Part shown: positions 47,410 through 57,633 of the stretch, piece by piece
Layout of the letters: every line of letters starts with the position of its first letter
Position numbering within the stretch: position 1 is the stretch's first letter
From: a virus
Length of the DNA: 64,000 nucleotides
Virus record (IMG/VR): IMGVR_UViG_3300046820_003928
Coordinates: 1 to 64,000 of that record
Strand: one strand, 5' to 3'
Translations under genes and position numbers: made by a program
The notes under the pieces: model-generated
What the model saw: only the letters and a program-made list of their open reading frames with translations
What the model was told of the DNA's origin: nothing
Database searches by the model: none

Positions 47410-50400
47410 TTACTTTCTCACAGTTTGTTGGAATGAGGGAAGGTTGACAATCTCAGGATTCGATGCGTTTTCTGCGACAGCTCCGCCCTTTTTGTAGAAG
47501 TACCTGGATGCATTGCCTCCGTCGGCACGCGGCTGTCCGAAGGTGTCGTTCATAATCTGGCCCACGTTGTAGATGGGAGCGCGGTTGAATCCGTTCGAAT
47601 CGAGACCCGGAGAGATATCGTGGATGGGTGCAAACGAGAGAGTCACCTTGCATGCCATCGGTGCACGAGAGTTCCAGTCTGTCTCCCAGGGTGCTTCCAT
47701 CCAATTGAAGCTCATGGATTTTGCTACCCCTGCGAGTCCCTCACCCATCCGATCTTCAAATGCTTTTGTAAGCGGGTTGTTGTAAGGGGAGGTGAACGTC
47801 CTGGCAACGGAGCCAAAGAAGTCAGCAAGCGGCAAATCAATGGGTGCGCTTCCGACACCTGCTTCGTTAAGTTTGGTCTGAACAAATCCTGCAGCTGCAT
47901 TTGAGGCAATTCCAGTAAGACCTACGAGTGCTCCAATCCCTAGAAGATATCCAGGTGCAGACGTTATATTGACTATCTGTCCTGCATCAACGTAGAGATC
48001 AGCAGCAGAAACCACGACACGCGTACCATTGATGCTGGATCCGGCTGTTGGATCGTCTATCTCGACCTGGTAAGCTGGGCCAGTTCTATTTCTATCGTTT
48101 GTGTTGATAGACTTTACAAACTTAACAAGAACAGGCCTCTGAATTCTGATATTTTGTGAGTCTGTCCTGTACGGCGTACCTCGTGCCTTAAGGATGAGAC
48201 CGCTTCTAAGGTTAAACGTTTCGAGAAAACCCCTTTCATCAGCGTCTTCAGCCTGTGCTGATCCGGGCACACCTGGATCGTTTGTAAAGAACCGAATCCT
48301 GTCTGCATAAAGCAAGGGATTGACAAATCCATTTTTGAGGAAATAGGCGCCGGCTTCGGCTGCAACATCGGTTGCGGCATTAACTATTCCAGATGCAACC
48401 TGCGTCTGCACGAGAGATGAGAGCTGTGTGAGCTCCATCGGAGATGCTGCATAGGCAAGAAACGGTGCAAGACGAATATCAAAGTTCGATACGTTTCTAC
48501 TAGAGTTAAGCACATCCACAGAATCAGCTAGCCCAGAAAGTCCTTCGCTGGCTTCAGTTCCCTTGTTTGCAAAAAACGTGTCGTTTCCAACGCCAAAAAG
48601 CTTTGCAAAGCTTGATCTGCTATAGTTCGTCTTTAACAAATCTCCAATTCGCAACCTAATAACAGGAGTGCCACCGGCAATCTGGCTAAAGGGCTGCTCA
48701 AAAGTCACATCCTGATTAAATAGAGCTGCTCCCAGGCTAGCACTTTCATCTCTCTGCGTGACAGATCTTCCACGCGTATACTGGGGGTATAGCAATGTCG
48801 TCAGCTTGTTGATCTTGAACCACATCTCATCGAAGTCTTCCTTCGAGGTAGCTGCGATCCAGAATGAAATGCTGATGGATCGATTGGTGCTGTTGTAGTT
48901 CTGAACTGGGTCTGCCCTGCCAAATCCTCTTGTTTCAGTGTAGTTTGCTGTAAAGCCGTCTGTGACACTTTCTAGAAAAGCGTGAAAGGCGATGATCTCA
49001 TTGGTGCGCAAATCCCTGAAATAGAAGGGAACATACTCAGAACCGAGCCTATCTTCAAGCACGCGCGCTGCAATGGCAGGTATGTTGCTTGAGTTTCTCA
49101 CTGCTTTCACGTAGGTCTTATCGTATAGGGAGGATCCCAGCATTCCCTTGACAGGATTGGCGCCCTTGTCTGGGTCGAACATGTAATCAAGATCTAGAGT
49201 TGCAGCCATCGCCTCGACTGGCAATATGAACATGCTCGGGAGCACGCTGTTGCGCCATGCCAGTGACGAATTGCTGATGAACTCTCCGTCGCGAGATTTC
49301 ATCTGTCTCGTGCCCGGAGCGTTTGGATAGCTGTCAACATCGTATGGGTTTTTGATCTCATCCCCAGCCGCAGCTGCCTCTGAGCTTATTCCCTGGATGA
49401 CAAGGCGCTGGTACCCAATTGAGCAAAAGACATTCATTATCCTGACAGCCAGGGAGTCCTTCATGCCCATGATCGCTTCTACGAAGTCTGCACCGTTTAT
49501 GCGCTCTGCTGATTTCTGCATCTTAACAATGGATCGATAGGCGCTTTCAGAGACAGCTCGCCAGAAGCCCTGTGACATAAACATGGGAGAATCGTATCTG
49601 CTAGCATAGCCTCCCGCAAGGTCTCCTGCGATTCTTTCGATCTCAGCGGTATACTTTCTTGCAAGATCAGGTGTTTCAAATGGAATGCCAGATCCAAGAG
49701 CAGAGAAGTCGCTTCCGAGACCAAAGTAGGCATAAAGACCCTCAGCAACGCAGGCTGTGTAGCTGTAGATTCCGGTCTGGAACATAAACGAGTGAACGAG
49801 AATTCGGGTCTTGGCACTCACATTAGATCTGATGCTTGTGCCGAGGTGATAGGGTCCACGCAGGACGTTGTCGTTGTCTCCAACTGATAGCTCAGCGATC
49901 TCTCGGGCAACGCTGCTCACCTTTCTGTCAATGATGTTAGCGAGTCCGAGCATTGCGATGCCCGCCTGTAAGGATTGAACTCGCTCACTAGATTCAAGGT
50001 TTAGGTCAAAGTCTCCAAATCTTTGGTCAGTCGTATGAGTCGATCCGCGAGTCTGCGTGTAAACAGCCTCGGCAGATGACTTCTGGATAGCATCGCCGCG
50101 ACCTGTAAGAAGACTATCCTCGCCGTTTTCTGCAAGAGGCATCCCATAGGAATCCTGCGCTCGGAAGTGGTCGGGAGTTCCCTGATTTCGTGATTCGATT
50201 GTTGGAAATTTCCCCATGTCTGCAGATGTGACACCGTCAAATGCGACGTCTGGATCCACTGCCTGATTGGGGAAATCGGAGATATCCCATCCTGCAGCCT
50301 TCAATAACATACTTCTCGCGACAATCTGGAGCTCATCTTGGGAGACGTCAGCCGAAAGCTCGACTGTCTGAGGCTCATAGGTCCCAGCACCTACCTGCAG

Positions 50401-51033
50401 CCTCATCGACCTCGTGTCATCATACTCTGCTGATGTAAGAGGAACCCCGGAGTTATCATCAGCGTAGCTGCTTGGCGACGATGTGGGCGAAAAGTTGTTA
50501 TACTTTCGAAGCGATGCAAAAGATCCAAGAACTGCTCGAGACTGGTCCAGCTCTGCGTCAGAGTTCTGAGTTGCAGGGATGACACTCGATAAGAGGTCAT
50601 TTCCATTTTGTGCAGATCCGTCTCCGGTCTTGTCAACGATTGAGTCAATTGAATACCCAGCAGCATCAAACTGTGCGCTGTTTGATCGATCAAGAGAGAT
50701 GCTGTTCTCTCCGACGCTTGGATCTGCAAAGACCTCGGGTGCGCTGGATGCCTGTGCCTGCTGGATGGCGCTGCCCCGATTAGAGCTGGGTGCCTCGTGT
50801 GTTCCTGGAGACAGAGGGTAGAGATTTCTCTGCGTCGTAAACGAAGTGTAATCTCCCAAGAGGGAGTCACCCGTTGACAGATCGACCAGCTCTCGCTCGG
50901 TCCCGGGATCGACCCCAAGATCATCACCCTCAGCGACAATCCCATCTGGCCCGGGATCGACTGGCATCGAGATTGAGTCAGTCGTCTTTCCGATGCTCGT
51001 TAGAAAATCACGCAGGGTCTGTCGTGTTGCCAT
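47410..51033 (-). CDS. Large baseplate/tube-initiator-like protein
   Basis: 1207 aa; FHAFLESVTDGF.ANY...GRADPV..Y.ST.RSISISF tube-initiator-like segment. Confidence 0.65.
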   Translation of the reverse strand: MATRQTLRDFLTSIGKTTDSISMPVDPGPDGIVAEGDDLGVDPGTERELVDLSTGDSLLGDYTSFTTQRNLYPLSPGTHEAPSSNRGSAIQQAQASSAPEVFADPSVGENSISLDRSNSAQFDAAGYSIDSIVDKTGDGSAQNGNDLLSSVIPATQNSDAELDQSRAVLGSFASLRKYNNFSPTSSPSSYADDNSGVPLTSAEYDDTRSMRLQVGAGTYEPQTVELSADVSQDELQIVARSMLLKAAGWDISDFPNQAVDPDVAFDGVTSADMGKFPTIESRNQGTPDHFRAQDSYGMPLAENGEDSLLTGRGDAIQKSSAEAVYTQTRGSTHTTDQRFGDFDLNLESSERVQSLQAGIAMLGLANIIDRKVSSVAREIAELSVGDNDNVLRGPYHLGTSIRSNVSAKTRILVHSFMFQTGIYSYTACVAEGLYAYFGLGSDFSALGSGIPFETPDLARKYTAEIERIAGDLAGGYASRYDSPMFMSQGFWRAVSESAYRSIVKMQKSAERINGADFVEAIMGMKDSLAVRIMNVFCSIGYQRLVIQGISSEAAAAGDEIKNPYDVDSYPNAPGTRQMKSRDGEFISNSSLAWRNSVLPSMFILPVEAMAATLDLDYMFDPDKGANPVKGMLGSSLYDKTYVKAVRNSSNIPAIAARVLEDRLGSEYVPFYFRDLRTNEIIAFHAFLESVTDGFTANYTETRGFGRADPVQNYNSTNRSISISFWIAATSKEDFDEMWFKINKLTTLLYPQYTRGRSVTQRDESASLGAALFNQDVTFEQPFSQIAGGTPVIRLRIGDLLKTNYSRSSFAKLFGVGNDTFFANKGTEASEGLSGLADSVDVLNSSRNVSNFDIRLAPFLAYAASPMELTQLSSLVQTQVASGIVNAATDVAAEAGAYFLKNGFVNPLLYADRIRFFTNDPGVPGSAQAEDADERGFLETFNLRSGLILKARGTPYRTDSQNIRIQRPVLVKFVKSINTNDRNRTGPAYQVEIDDPTAGSSINGTRVVVSAADLYVDAGQIVNITSAPGYLLGIGALVGLTGIASNAAAGFVQTKLNEAGVGSAPIDLPLADFFGSVARTFTSPYNNPLTKAFEDRMGEGLAGVAKSMSFNWMEAPWETDWNSRAPMACKVTLSFAPIHDISPGLDSNGFNRAPIYNVGQIMNDTFGQPRADGGNASRYFYKKGGAVAENASNPEIVNLPSFQQTVRK

Positions 51034-51202
51034 CTTTCTCCGCCTGTGACCCTAGGTCTCTAAGAATAGGTATCCTGTCGAAGGACTCGTTCGCACTCTT
51101 CAAGAAGTCCTCAGACAGGTAGGCTGAATCGATGGCAGCACATGTATCTGCGATGAGCTGCTCAATCTGAGTTGCAAAGTCCCTAGGGTCGCTCTGATTC
51201 AT
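51008..51202 (-). CDS. Hypothetical protein (64 aa)
   Basis: TAATG coupling to the tape measure gene. Confidence 0.65.
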   Translation of the reverse strand: MNQSDPRDFATQIEQLIADTCAAIDSAYLSEDFLKSANESFDRIPILRDLGSQAEKDGNTTDPA

Positions 51203-52941
51203 TATGCAGTTCGCTCTTCTGTAACAAATGTGTATTGCTTACTGTTAAATGTGACACCGCCAGCGAGATGCACTGCTATCATTGGTGCAAGCACTGCGGC
51301 AAGCTCACCACCGTCTCCCTTTACAGTTACCGCTGCTGTGCTTGTCACCGTGATTGGCTGCGGGGGTGGCGGAGTTGCAGGAACAGTAGGCGTCGGGACA
51401 GCAGGAGCGCCCGGTGCAGTTGTTGTCCCAGGGGTCCCGGGCGATGCTGGGACTGTGGGTGCAACGGGAGAAGCAGGCTCTGCTCCAGTAGCCTCGATCA
51501 GTCTCTGATTTAATATCGAAATTGCTTTTCTTAACTCTGCTTGTGACTTAATTGCAGCATCTTTCACACCCCCGAGGCTTTTAATCATTTCTTCATTTGT
51601 AGAAATGATAGCACTGCTCTGTGTCCCTATGCTTTCTGCTGTTTGAAGTGATGCTGCTGCTGCTTGTGTCTTTAGCTCAAGAAGGCTTGCAACGTTTTCT
51701 CGGGCTTTCTTTTGAGAATCAGCAAGGGAGTTTAGAAGGCGCTCAGCATCTGCCTGTGTGGTCTCCTCTATCTTGTCTTCAAGTCCAATGCTAGCGCCTG
51801 TGATAGATTCGATGTTCTCATTCATCAGACGCTGTAAGACGCGAGGATCGAGTCCGAAAGCCTGAGAAAGCTGACGCTGCTGAATCAGGTTCAGCTCATC
51901 AAACTGAATTCCTTGCGCTTCAAGTTGCTCGCGCAAATCAACAACAAATGCCTCGGGATCTTCATTTGCAAGCCTGAAGAGTTCCAGAGTATCAAGTGTG
52001 GCTCCAGTAATCGCAGAAAAATTGCTCATTGCCTGTGTGGCAGCATCAAAGCTTTGAAATTTTCCAACAACAGAAGTCAGGTCTGATAGATTCAATCCAA
52101 GGTTGTTTAGTGTAACTGTAAGAGAAGCAGCACGAGCTTCAGTAATATCACCGAACGTGTTGAAATCACGCATCACGTCGATCATCGACTTTGAGACCTT
52201 CTCCGCAGATAGGCCCGTCGCTTTGACTGTTGCTGCAACAGCAGTCTCATATTTGCTAAGTGCTTCTCCCGTTATTTCTCCCGCCTCAGAAAGCTCATTT
52301 TGAAAGATTAGATTGATATCTCTTGCATCCAGCCTCAGCGCTGTTTGAGCGCGTGTGATGCCTCGAACCATGTCTGCGTTGTCAGCTGTTAGAGACTCAG
52401 CAGCAAACTTATAAAGACGGGTATCATTGAGAAGTGCAGCAGAGTAATTTCCTAGCTGTTCCTTGGCACCACCAAAGAGAAGCCCGCTTGTCTTGATCAC
52501 ATTTCCCGATGCGTCTATGAATTCTGTCTGTGAATCTGCAAGTGTGTTCACAAGATCAAAGGAGTTCTGTGAAAACTTCCCAAGTGCTTGATCAGACGCA
52601 ATACCCAGCGATTCAAATGAAGCAGCTGTTAAACCCGTTACCTTGGATATCTCGTTTGAGGTCTCTACAGTTCCCTTGGCAAGGCCCTCGACTGTTCCAA
52701 GTGCCTCATTGAGTGCACTAATTGGAATACTTACAGCTTTTATTGCAGCAGTTTCAACGCCCAATGCTGGCAATGTAGTTGCAAAAGACCTGAGAGAATC
52801 GATGATCTCTTTTCCAGGAACGCTCTTGATAACGTCTGAGAATTCTGAGGCTGCTCCAATTAGAGTGTCAAATTCTTTGCTAAGGGAATCCAGAACCGCT
52901 GAAATCCCGGATTGGGTGCTTGTATCATTAGGGTCTGCCAT
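51202..52941 (-). CDS. Tape measure-like protein
   Basis: 579 aa, helical and A/S/L-rich, directly downstream of the tail chaperone genes. Confidence 0.65.
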   Translation of the reverse strand: MADPNDTSTQSGISAVLDSLSKEFDTLIGAASEFSDVIKSVPGKEIIDSLRSFATTLPALGVETAAIKAVSIPISALNEALGTVEGLAKGTVETSNEISKVTGLTAASFESLGIASDQALGKFSQNSFDLVNTLADSQTEFIDASGNVIKTSGLLFGGAKEQLGNYSAALLNDTRLYKFAAESLTADNADMVRGITRAQTALRLDARDINLIFQNELSEAGEITGEALSKYETAVAATVKATGLSAEKVSKSMIDVMRDFNTFGDITEARAASLTVTLNNLGLNLSDLTSVVGKFQSFDAATQAMSNFSAITGATLDTLELFRLANEDPEAFVVDLREQLEAQGIQFDELNLIQQRQLSQAFGLDPRVLQRLMNENIESITGASIGLEDKIEETTQADAERLLNSLADSQKKARENVASLLELKTQAAAASLQTAESIGTQSSAIISTNEEMIKSLGGVKDAAIKSQAELRKAISILNQRLIEATGAEPASPVAPTVPASPGTPGTTTAPGAPAVPTPTVPATPPPPQPITVTSTAAVTVKGDGGELAAVLAPMIAVHLAGGVTFNSKQYTFVTEERTA

Positions 52942-52950
52942 GCTAGATAA

Positions 52951-53164
52951 CTATTTGATCTGTGAGATCGGTGTGTCATCGTCAAGGCCATATTGATCTT
53001 TAGGCGCCGACTGTTTCCACAGCTGGATGAGCCTGTTTCTAAACCAGGATCGATATGATACAGGCATTCCACGCAGTGAGACATAGTCGATCTTGAGATG
53101 GTTCATTAGCAGAAACATCTCCTCAAGAATGTCTGCTCGGCTTTGTTCATTCAGGCCAAAAAAA
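52951..53164 (-). CDS. Tail assembly chaperone extension (GT-like/T4 gp51-like), probably made by frameshift
   Basis: FFGL.....ILEEMFLL....DY....MPVSYRSWF..RL; frame is open across the T7 run; an internal ATG start is an alternative. Confidence 0.65.
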
Positions 53165-53983
53165 TGCAGCACCCAGGGGCAAAGCCACCTTCGACTCAAC
53201 GCCACAAGATCTGCATTCCATATCAAGCTGCATGTCAAGACCTGGTTCTGTATCTCTCATTCGCGTCCTAAGCGCGCGGCTATCAGCTGCTGGCATCACC
53301 TTGATGAAAGCTGCGATCGCAGTCCTATCAGTCTTTCCATCGATGCTGATCACCTGGTTCTCGAGCTGTCTAGTCACCGGGTTGTTCTGGTTGGCATCCG
53401 GGAATAGGCGCTGCATTCTCTCTTTGGCAATTCTATCGTCGTCCTCGTCCTGAACTGTGAGAAGCTTAAAGACGACTCGCTTCTTTGAGACAGGTAGCAC
53501 AAACTCAAACTCGTTGGCGCCAGGAGCAACTGGATTAGATCCCATCCTCTTGATTCCGATCTGAGATAGATCGAAGGTGTAGCTGTCACTCTTGCTGCAT
53601 GCGGGACATGTTGCTGTTGCTCGATAGTCAGTTCCATATCCAGTGATTCGAATTGAGACAAGCAGCGCATTTCTGTCTCCCGATAGAAGCTCTGCGGGAT
53701 TGACACTCTTATCAATTAGGCAGTTCTTAATGAGGTGTGTCGTAACTGTCCCCTCCTTCCAGAGCGCCCTTGACATGAGGATATCCTCCTCCTGCGCTGT
53801 CATCGCCTTGATCTGCAAAGTCTCTCTGCCGTGAAGCGGACTGCCCTTAGGGTAAATCAGACCCGCAGACGGGAGCGGAACCTGCTCCACTGGAACTGTC
53901 CACCCAAAGACATCTTGAACAGGCGCTGCCCTTGGGATCTGACTAACAACTTCGCTTATTGGAACATCTGTCCGCTTTGGCAT
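53147..53983 (-). CDS. Tail/baseplate-hub assembly chaperone (T4 gp26-like)
   Basis: VPLPS.G..YP, MTAQEEDIL, GDRNALL..IRI.GYG, two CxxC, terminal FFWP; start ATG 53983 preferred over the track start. Confidence 0.8.
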   Translation of the reverse strand: MPKRTDVPISEVVSQIPRAAPVQDVFGWTVPVEQVPLPSAGLIYPKGSPLHGRETLQIKAMTAQEEDILMSRALWKEGTVTTHLIKNCLIDKSVNPAELLSGDRNALLVSIRITGYGTDYRATATCPACSKSDSYTFDLSQIGIKRMGSNPVAPGANEFEFVLPVSKKRVVFKLLTVQDEDDDRIAKERMQRLFPDANQNNPVTRQLENQVISIDGKTDRTAIAAFIKVMPAADSRALRTRMRDTEPGLDMQLDMECRSCGVESKVALPLGAAFFWPE

Positions 53984-54186
53984 CTTTGTCTCTCTTGGGC
54001 AAATAGATGCCCATATTCCCTTTATTATTAAGAGACTTAGACAGACTGTTAAACGACAATGAGCCCCAACGCACAAAGAAGCAATTCAGAGAGACGTGCA
54101 AAGCAAACCTGGTCCCGTGGCGACCAGCGCAGCTTGGGACCAGATGACTTATTAATTTGACAAAATGCTTTTGTCGAATGCTTATG

Positions 54187-54684
54187 TCAAAACTGGAGTA
54201 CGCAGTTATCAAACCGGATCGTGAGTGCGATGTCGATTGGATCATCCTGTCCGTAGTCAACTCCGTTGAAGTTTGCCGACGTCAAGAATGCTCCCTTGAT
54301 GTCCCAAAGCTCAACGACAGTTCCGATTGGATCAAGCATCTTAAGCTGGATGTCGCGCTTGTAGAAGTCAGCATATCCAGATCGCCCTGAGACTGACTCG
54401 TGGTGTGTGCGGATCCATTCCATCACCTGCTGTGAAGCAGAAGGTGCAATCGGATCGTGAAGGTTCACGTTGATTGTGTTGAATGTCAGCTTTCCCGAGA
54501 TGTAACGTTGTGTGTTCATCCAGGGAATCGTTTTATCTGTCATTGTAAACGTGGGACGAGCTGCTGACTTAATCAGAAAAGCATCGATTCCCTCGATGGC
54601 AAAGACCCATCTGTGCTTTCTCTTTGGCTCAAACTTGTTGGGGAGCATATCTGTGACAGATAGTGTCTCAGCGGACGTTGCCAT
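54187..54684 (-). CDS. Tail tube protein (T4 gp19-like)
   Basis: FEPKR, RP, DPI, V.EW, YKRDI.L.MLDP.G.VVE.W; follows the sheath genes. Confidence 0.9.
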   Translation of the reverse strand: MATSAETLSVTDMLPNKFEPKRKHRWVFAIEGIDAFLIKSAARPTFTMTDKTIPWMNTQRYISGKLTFNTINVNLHDPIAPSASQQVMEWIRTHHESVSGRSGYADFYKRDIQLKMLDPIGTVVELWDIKGAFLTSANFNGVDYGQDDPIDIALTIRFDNCVLQF

Positions 54685-54730
54685 TTACTTCTCCTGTTAC
54701 TTTTTAAATATCACGTTATTGTCTTTCTGA

Positions 54731-57607
54731 TCACAGATCTGTGCTGCGTCCCTTGACCTCGAAATCAATCGAGATGAACTCAGCTGTTCTTGTTGGTTGC
54801 AAGAAGATCTTGCCCCTGATAGTGTTGTTTTCGATATCTGCCTGTGTTGTTGTCGTTGTATCGATCTGAACTTTAAACCGTTCTACACCGCCGCCAGACT
54901 GGACACGCTGGAGGATGGGGTTGACAAGTGCGTTGAACTTATCAAGCGTTGCCTGTGTATTGGGCTCAAACAGGAGACTATTGGCGACCTGACGAACCTG
55001 ACGACGGATGAAGATTAGTAGTCGGCGAACGTTGATTCTGTCAAGAGCAGAAGCTGTCCGCAGCAGTGTCTTTTGTCCCCAGACGACGAATCCGCTTCCC
55101 GGGAATTCAACGAGGGGATTCAGCGATGCATCATAGAGAAGATCAAGATCATCCTGTGACAGAGATATGGAAGATCCCACGACGCTTGGAAGCGCTGCCC
55201 TGTTGTATCCTGCAGGAGCGTTCCAGTAGGATCCGATTCTGTCGTTGGCTGCAATGGCACCGAGAACTGCAACTGAGGGTGGCACAGAGCTTAGGTCGCC
55301 TGTGTCCGGATTTGAGACGGTAACGTCAGGGAAGTAAGCAGCTGCAAACGATGTGTTTAGATTTCTTCCCACGAATTGGTCAACTGTGTATGAGACATCC
55401 GGGGTATCACCAGAGCCTGTAATGACAGTGTTGAATGCATCTCTCTCTTCGATGTCCATCACGTACATTGCATCAAAGCGATTTTCAACTGCTGTGATAG
55501 CGTAGTTTGTGACTGATGGATGCCTGATTCCAGGAATTGCAAGAAGCTGAACATCAGTGTCGGACTTGCTTCCCATGATGTCAACTGCTTTCTTGTATGC
55601 AACAACAGTTGGACCAGCAGATGCCCCTCCCTGGTTTCCAGCATCGTCAATTTCACGCTTAATAGCGAGGTTTGTCAGTCTTGACTTCTGTGAGTCGAAG
55701 ATATTGACTCCATCAAATCCGCCCTGCATTATCATCTCAAAAGAGATGTACTGTGAAGTGCGAGAAGTAACGTTAGAAAGGTCGCCCACGGTTAGACCGC
55801 GTGTCTTTGTTGCATTATCTGCGATGATTCCACCTTCTCTAACGTAGACTGCAGAGGCCCATTCATTAGGATCTGCATAAGTGTTCGAAGCAGTCACAAC
55901 CTTGATGTTTTCAATGGAGAACAGGTTGTTTGCAAAATTATCTGCAGCAACAGCATCTTCTACGAAGAATTTTGCACCAGGTGCAAAAGACGGGAAGAAC
56001 TGTGTAAAGCTTCTAATTGAATCATCTTCAGCAGACGTGTAATTGTAATCAGAGAGGCTTTGGAGCTGCAGCTGAGTTCCCCAGGCGAGATCAGAGGTTG
56101 CATTTCCACCCACAACAATGTTCTTTCTCATGGGAACGGGTGGGATTGAAGCCTTCTGGATATCCGCGAGGTGGCCTGCAATCATTGTCCCAGCATCAGA
56201 CGTGTATGTGAGGATGCTACCAGAGGTGTTTAGGTATCCGTATCCTCTGTATCCAAAGGGAAGTGCATTATCTGGAACATTTCCCTGGATGACATCATCT
56301 GACATCTCAACGCGAACGTAGTTGTTTGTAACTGGGTAGTCACCTGTGATCGCAATCTTCTGGGATGCAGCTGATCTATCGAAATCAAAATATACGTGCT
56401 GATCGCCGATAACTCGGGCTATGTAGTTTACCGAGCTTGGATCCAGATTTACGCTGAATCTCTGAAGGACAACATCAGTGCTGTAATCATACACTGCAAC
56501 ATCAAAGCGACCAAAAAGGTATGCAGGATCAGCTGAGGGTATGATATTCTCGACGAGAATGCGATATTTCTCATTTGCATTCGATCCGTCTGAGAGCGCA
56601 AAGAACTTGAACAGTGGGTATCTTGTTCCGCCAAAGTCCTGGGAGACAACACTTGGCGTGTGTGGTGTTGTATATCTCTCTCTAAAGTTTTCAAAGTTTG
56701 GAACAGTTGCGTTTCCTGTATCCCGGGCAATAGAGCTTGTTGTTATGAAGACTGTATCTTGAAGTGTTGTAGATCCGATTGTGGTGGGTTTGGTGAAAAC
56801 GCCAGTACCAGTATGAACTGCGAGAGAAGTCGGAATGTCATAATACGTGTATAGACAGTGTCCTGCCTTTTCGATCAATGTTGGATCTGTGTTTAGCTTG
56901 CTTGAAATATGGTTATCTCCCACCTCAAACGATGCTGTAATGACATTGGGATACTCAGAAGTATTGATGTGACCATTTAGGAGCATCACAAATAGCGATC
57001 CGTCAATCGACAATGATCCAGTAATGCCGCCGTTCGGAGAGGAAGAGAGAGATGCAGGAGAGTTATTTGTGTTGTAGTTGCCCGACAGCGTGAGGGAGAC
57101 TCCAGATGGTGTCATAATGACACCTCTGACTATCGGGTAAGCAGTACTGTCAGATTGGAAGCCCGCTTCGCTGAAGATTGTCGATCCTGCAGACTCGGAC
57201 ATGAAGGCGCCGAGGAAGTGCGTTCTTCCTAGCGTTCCCCCGTTGTTTGCATTTGGGTTTCTTGCAACTATTCCGGAGTTCTGGACCTGCCGATCTCCGA
57301 CAACGAATCCTGCATTTGTAACCTGTCCAGTTGAGACGTCTCTCTTTAGTCCGTTTCCTGCCCCGAGTACACGCAAGTAGGTTGCCTGAGTTGCGCTGGA
57401 GAGCCACTGACTAACAGCGATTGGACCAAACCTATCGCCACTTTCACCAAACAGAGTCTTCCACTCTCCATAAGTCGTAAATGTCACAGGAACAAATGCG
57501 GGGCCTGTCTCGGCCGTTCCAACGATGCCTGCGGGAATGCCAGATGCAACTGCCCTTGCAGGTTGCGACTGGTCAATAATGCTGACTGTTACTTTTGCGC
57601 TGCCCAT
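54731..57607 (-). CDS. Tail sheath protein, paralogue 2
   Basis: GPAFVP, FG, LRVLG, W.APAG.NR, WGQKTL, LDRINVRRLL, QPTRTAEFI.IDF. Confidence 0.93.
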   Translation of the reverse strand: MGSAKVTVSIIDQSQPARAVASGIPAGIVGTAETGPAFVPVTFTTYGEWKTLFGESGDRFGPIAVSQWLSSATQATYLRVLGAGNGLKRDVSTGQVTNAGFVVGDRQVQNSGIVARNPNANNGGTLGRTHFLGAFMSESAGSTIFSEAGFQSDSTAYPIVRGVIMTPSGVSLTLSGNYNTNNSPASLSSSPNGGITGSLSIDGSLFVMLLNGHINTSEYPNVITASFEVGDNHISSKLNTDPTLIEKAGHCLYTYYDIPTSLAVHTGTGVFTKPTTIGSTTLQDTVFITTSSIARDTGNATVPNFENFRERYTTPHTPSVVSQDFGGTRYPLFKFFALSDGSNANEKYRILVENIIPSADPAYLFGRFDVAVYDYSTDVVLQRFSVNLDPSSVNYIARVIGDQHVYFDFDRSAASQKIAITGDYPVTNNYVRVEMSDDVIQGNVPDNALPFGYRGYGYLNTSGSILTYTSDAGTMIAGHLADIQKASIPPVPMRKNIVVGGNATSDLAWGTQLQLQSLSDYNYTSAEDDSIRSFTQFFPSFAPGAKFFVEDAVAADNFANNLFSIENIKVVTASNTYADPNEWASAVYVREGGIIADNATKTRGLTVGDLSNVTSRTSQYISFEMIMQGGFDGVNIFDSQKSRLTNLAIKREIDDAGNQGGASAGPTVVAYKKAVDIMGSKSDTDVQLLAIPGIRHPSVTNYAITAVENRFDAMYVMDIEERDAFNTVITGSGDTPDVSYTVDQFVGRNLNTSFAAAYFPDVTVSNPDTGDLSSVPPSVAVLGAIAANDRIGSYWNAPAGYNRAALPSVVGSSISLSQDDLDLLYDASLNPLVEFPGSGFVVWGQKTLLRTASALDRINVRRLLIFIRRQVRQVANSLLFEPNTQATLDKFNALVNPILQRVQSGGGVERFKVQIDTTTTTQADIENNTIRGKIFLQPTRTAEFISIDFEVKGRSTDL

Positions 57608-57633
57608 TTATTTGCTCCTAGACGTAAGTATTC

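Noticed and set aside
53984-54076. Track's N-terminal extension of the tail chaperone
   Set aside because: The extension is not protein-like and overlaps the hairpin region; ATG 53983 is more plausible
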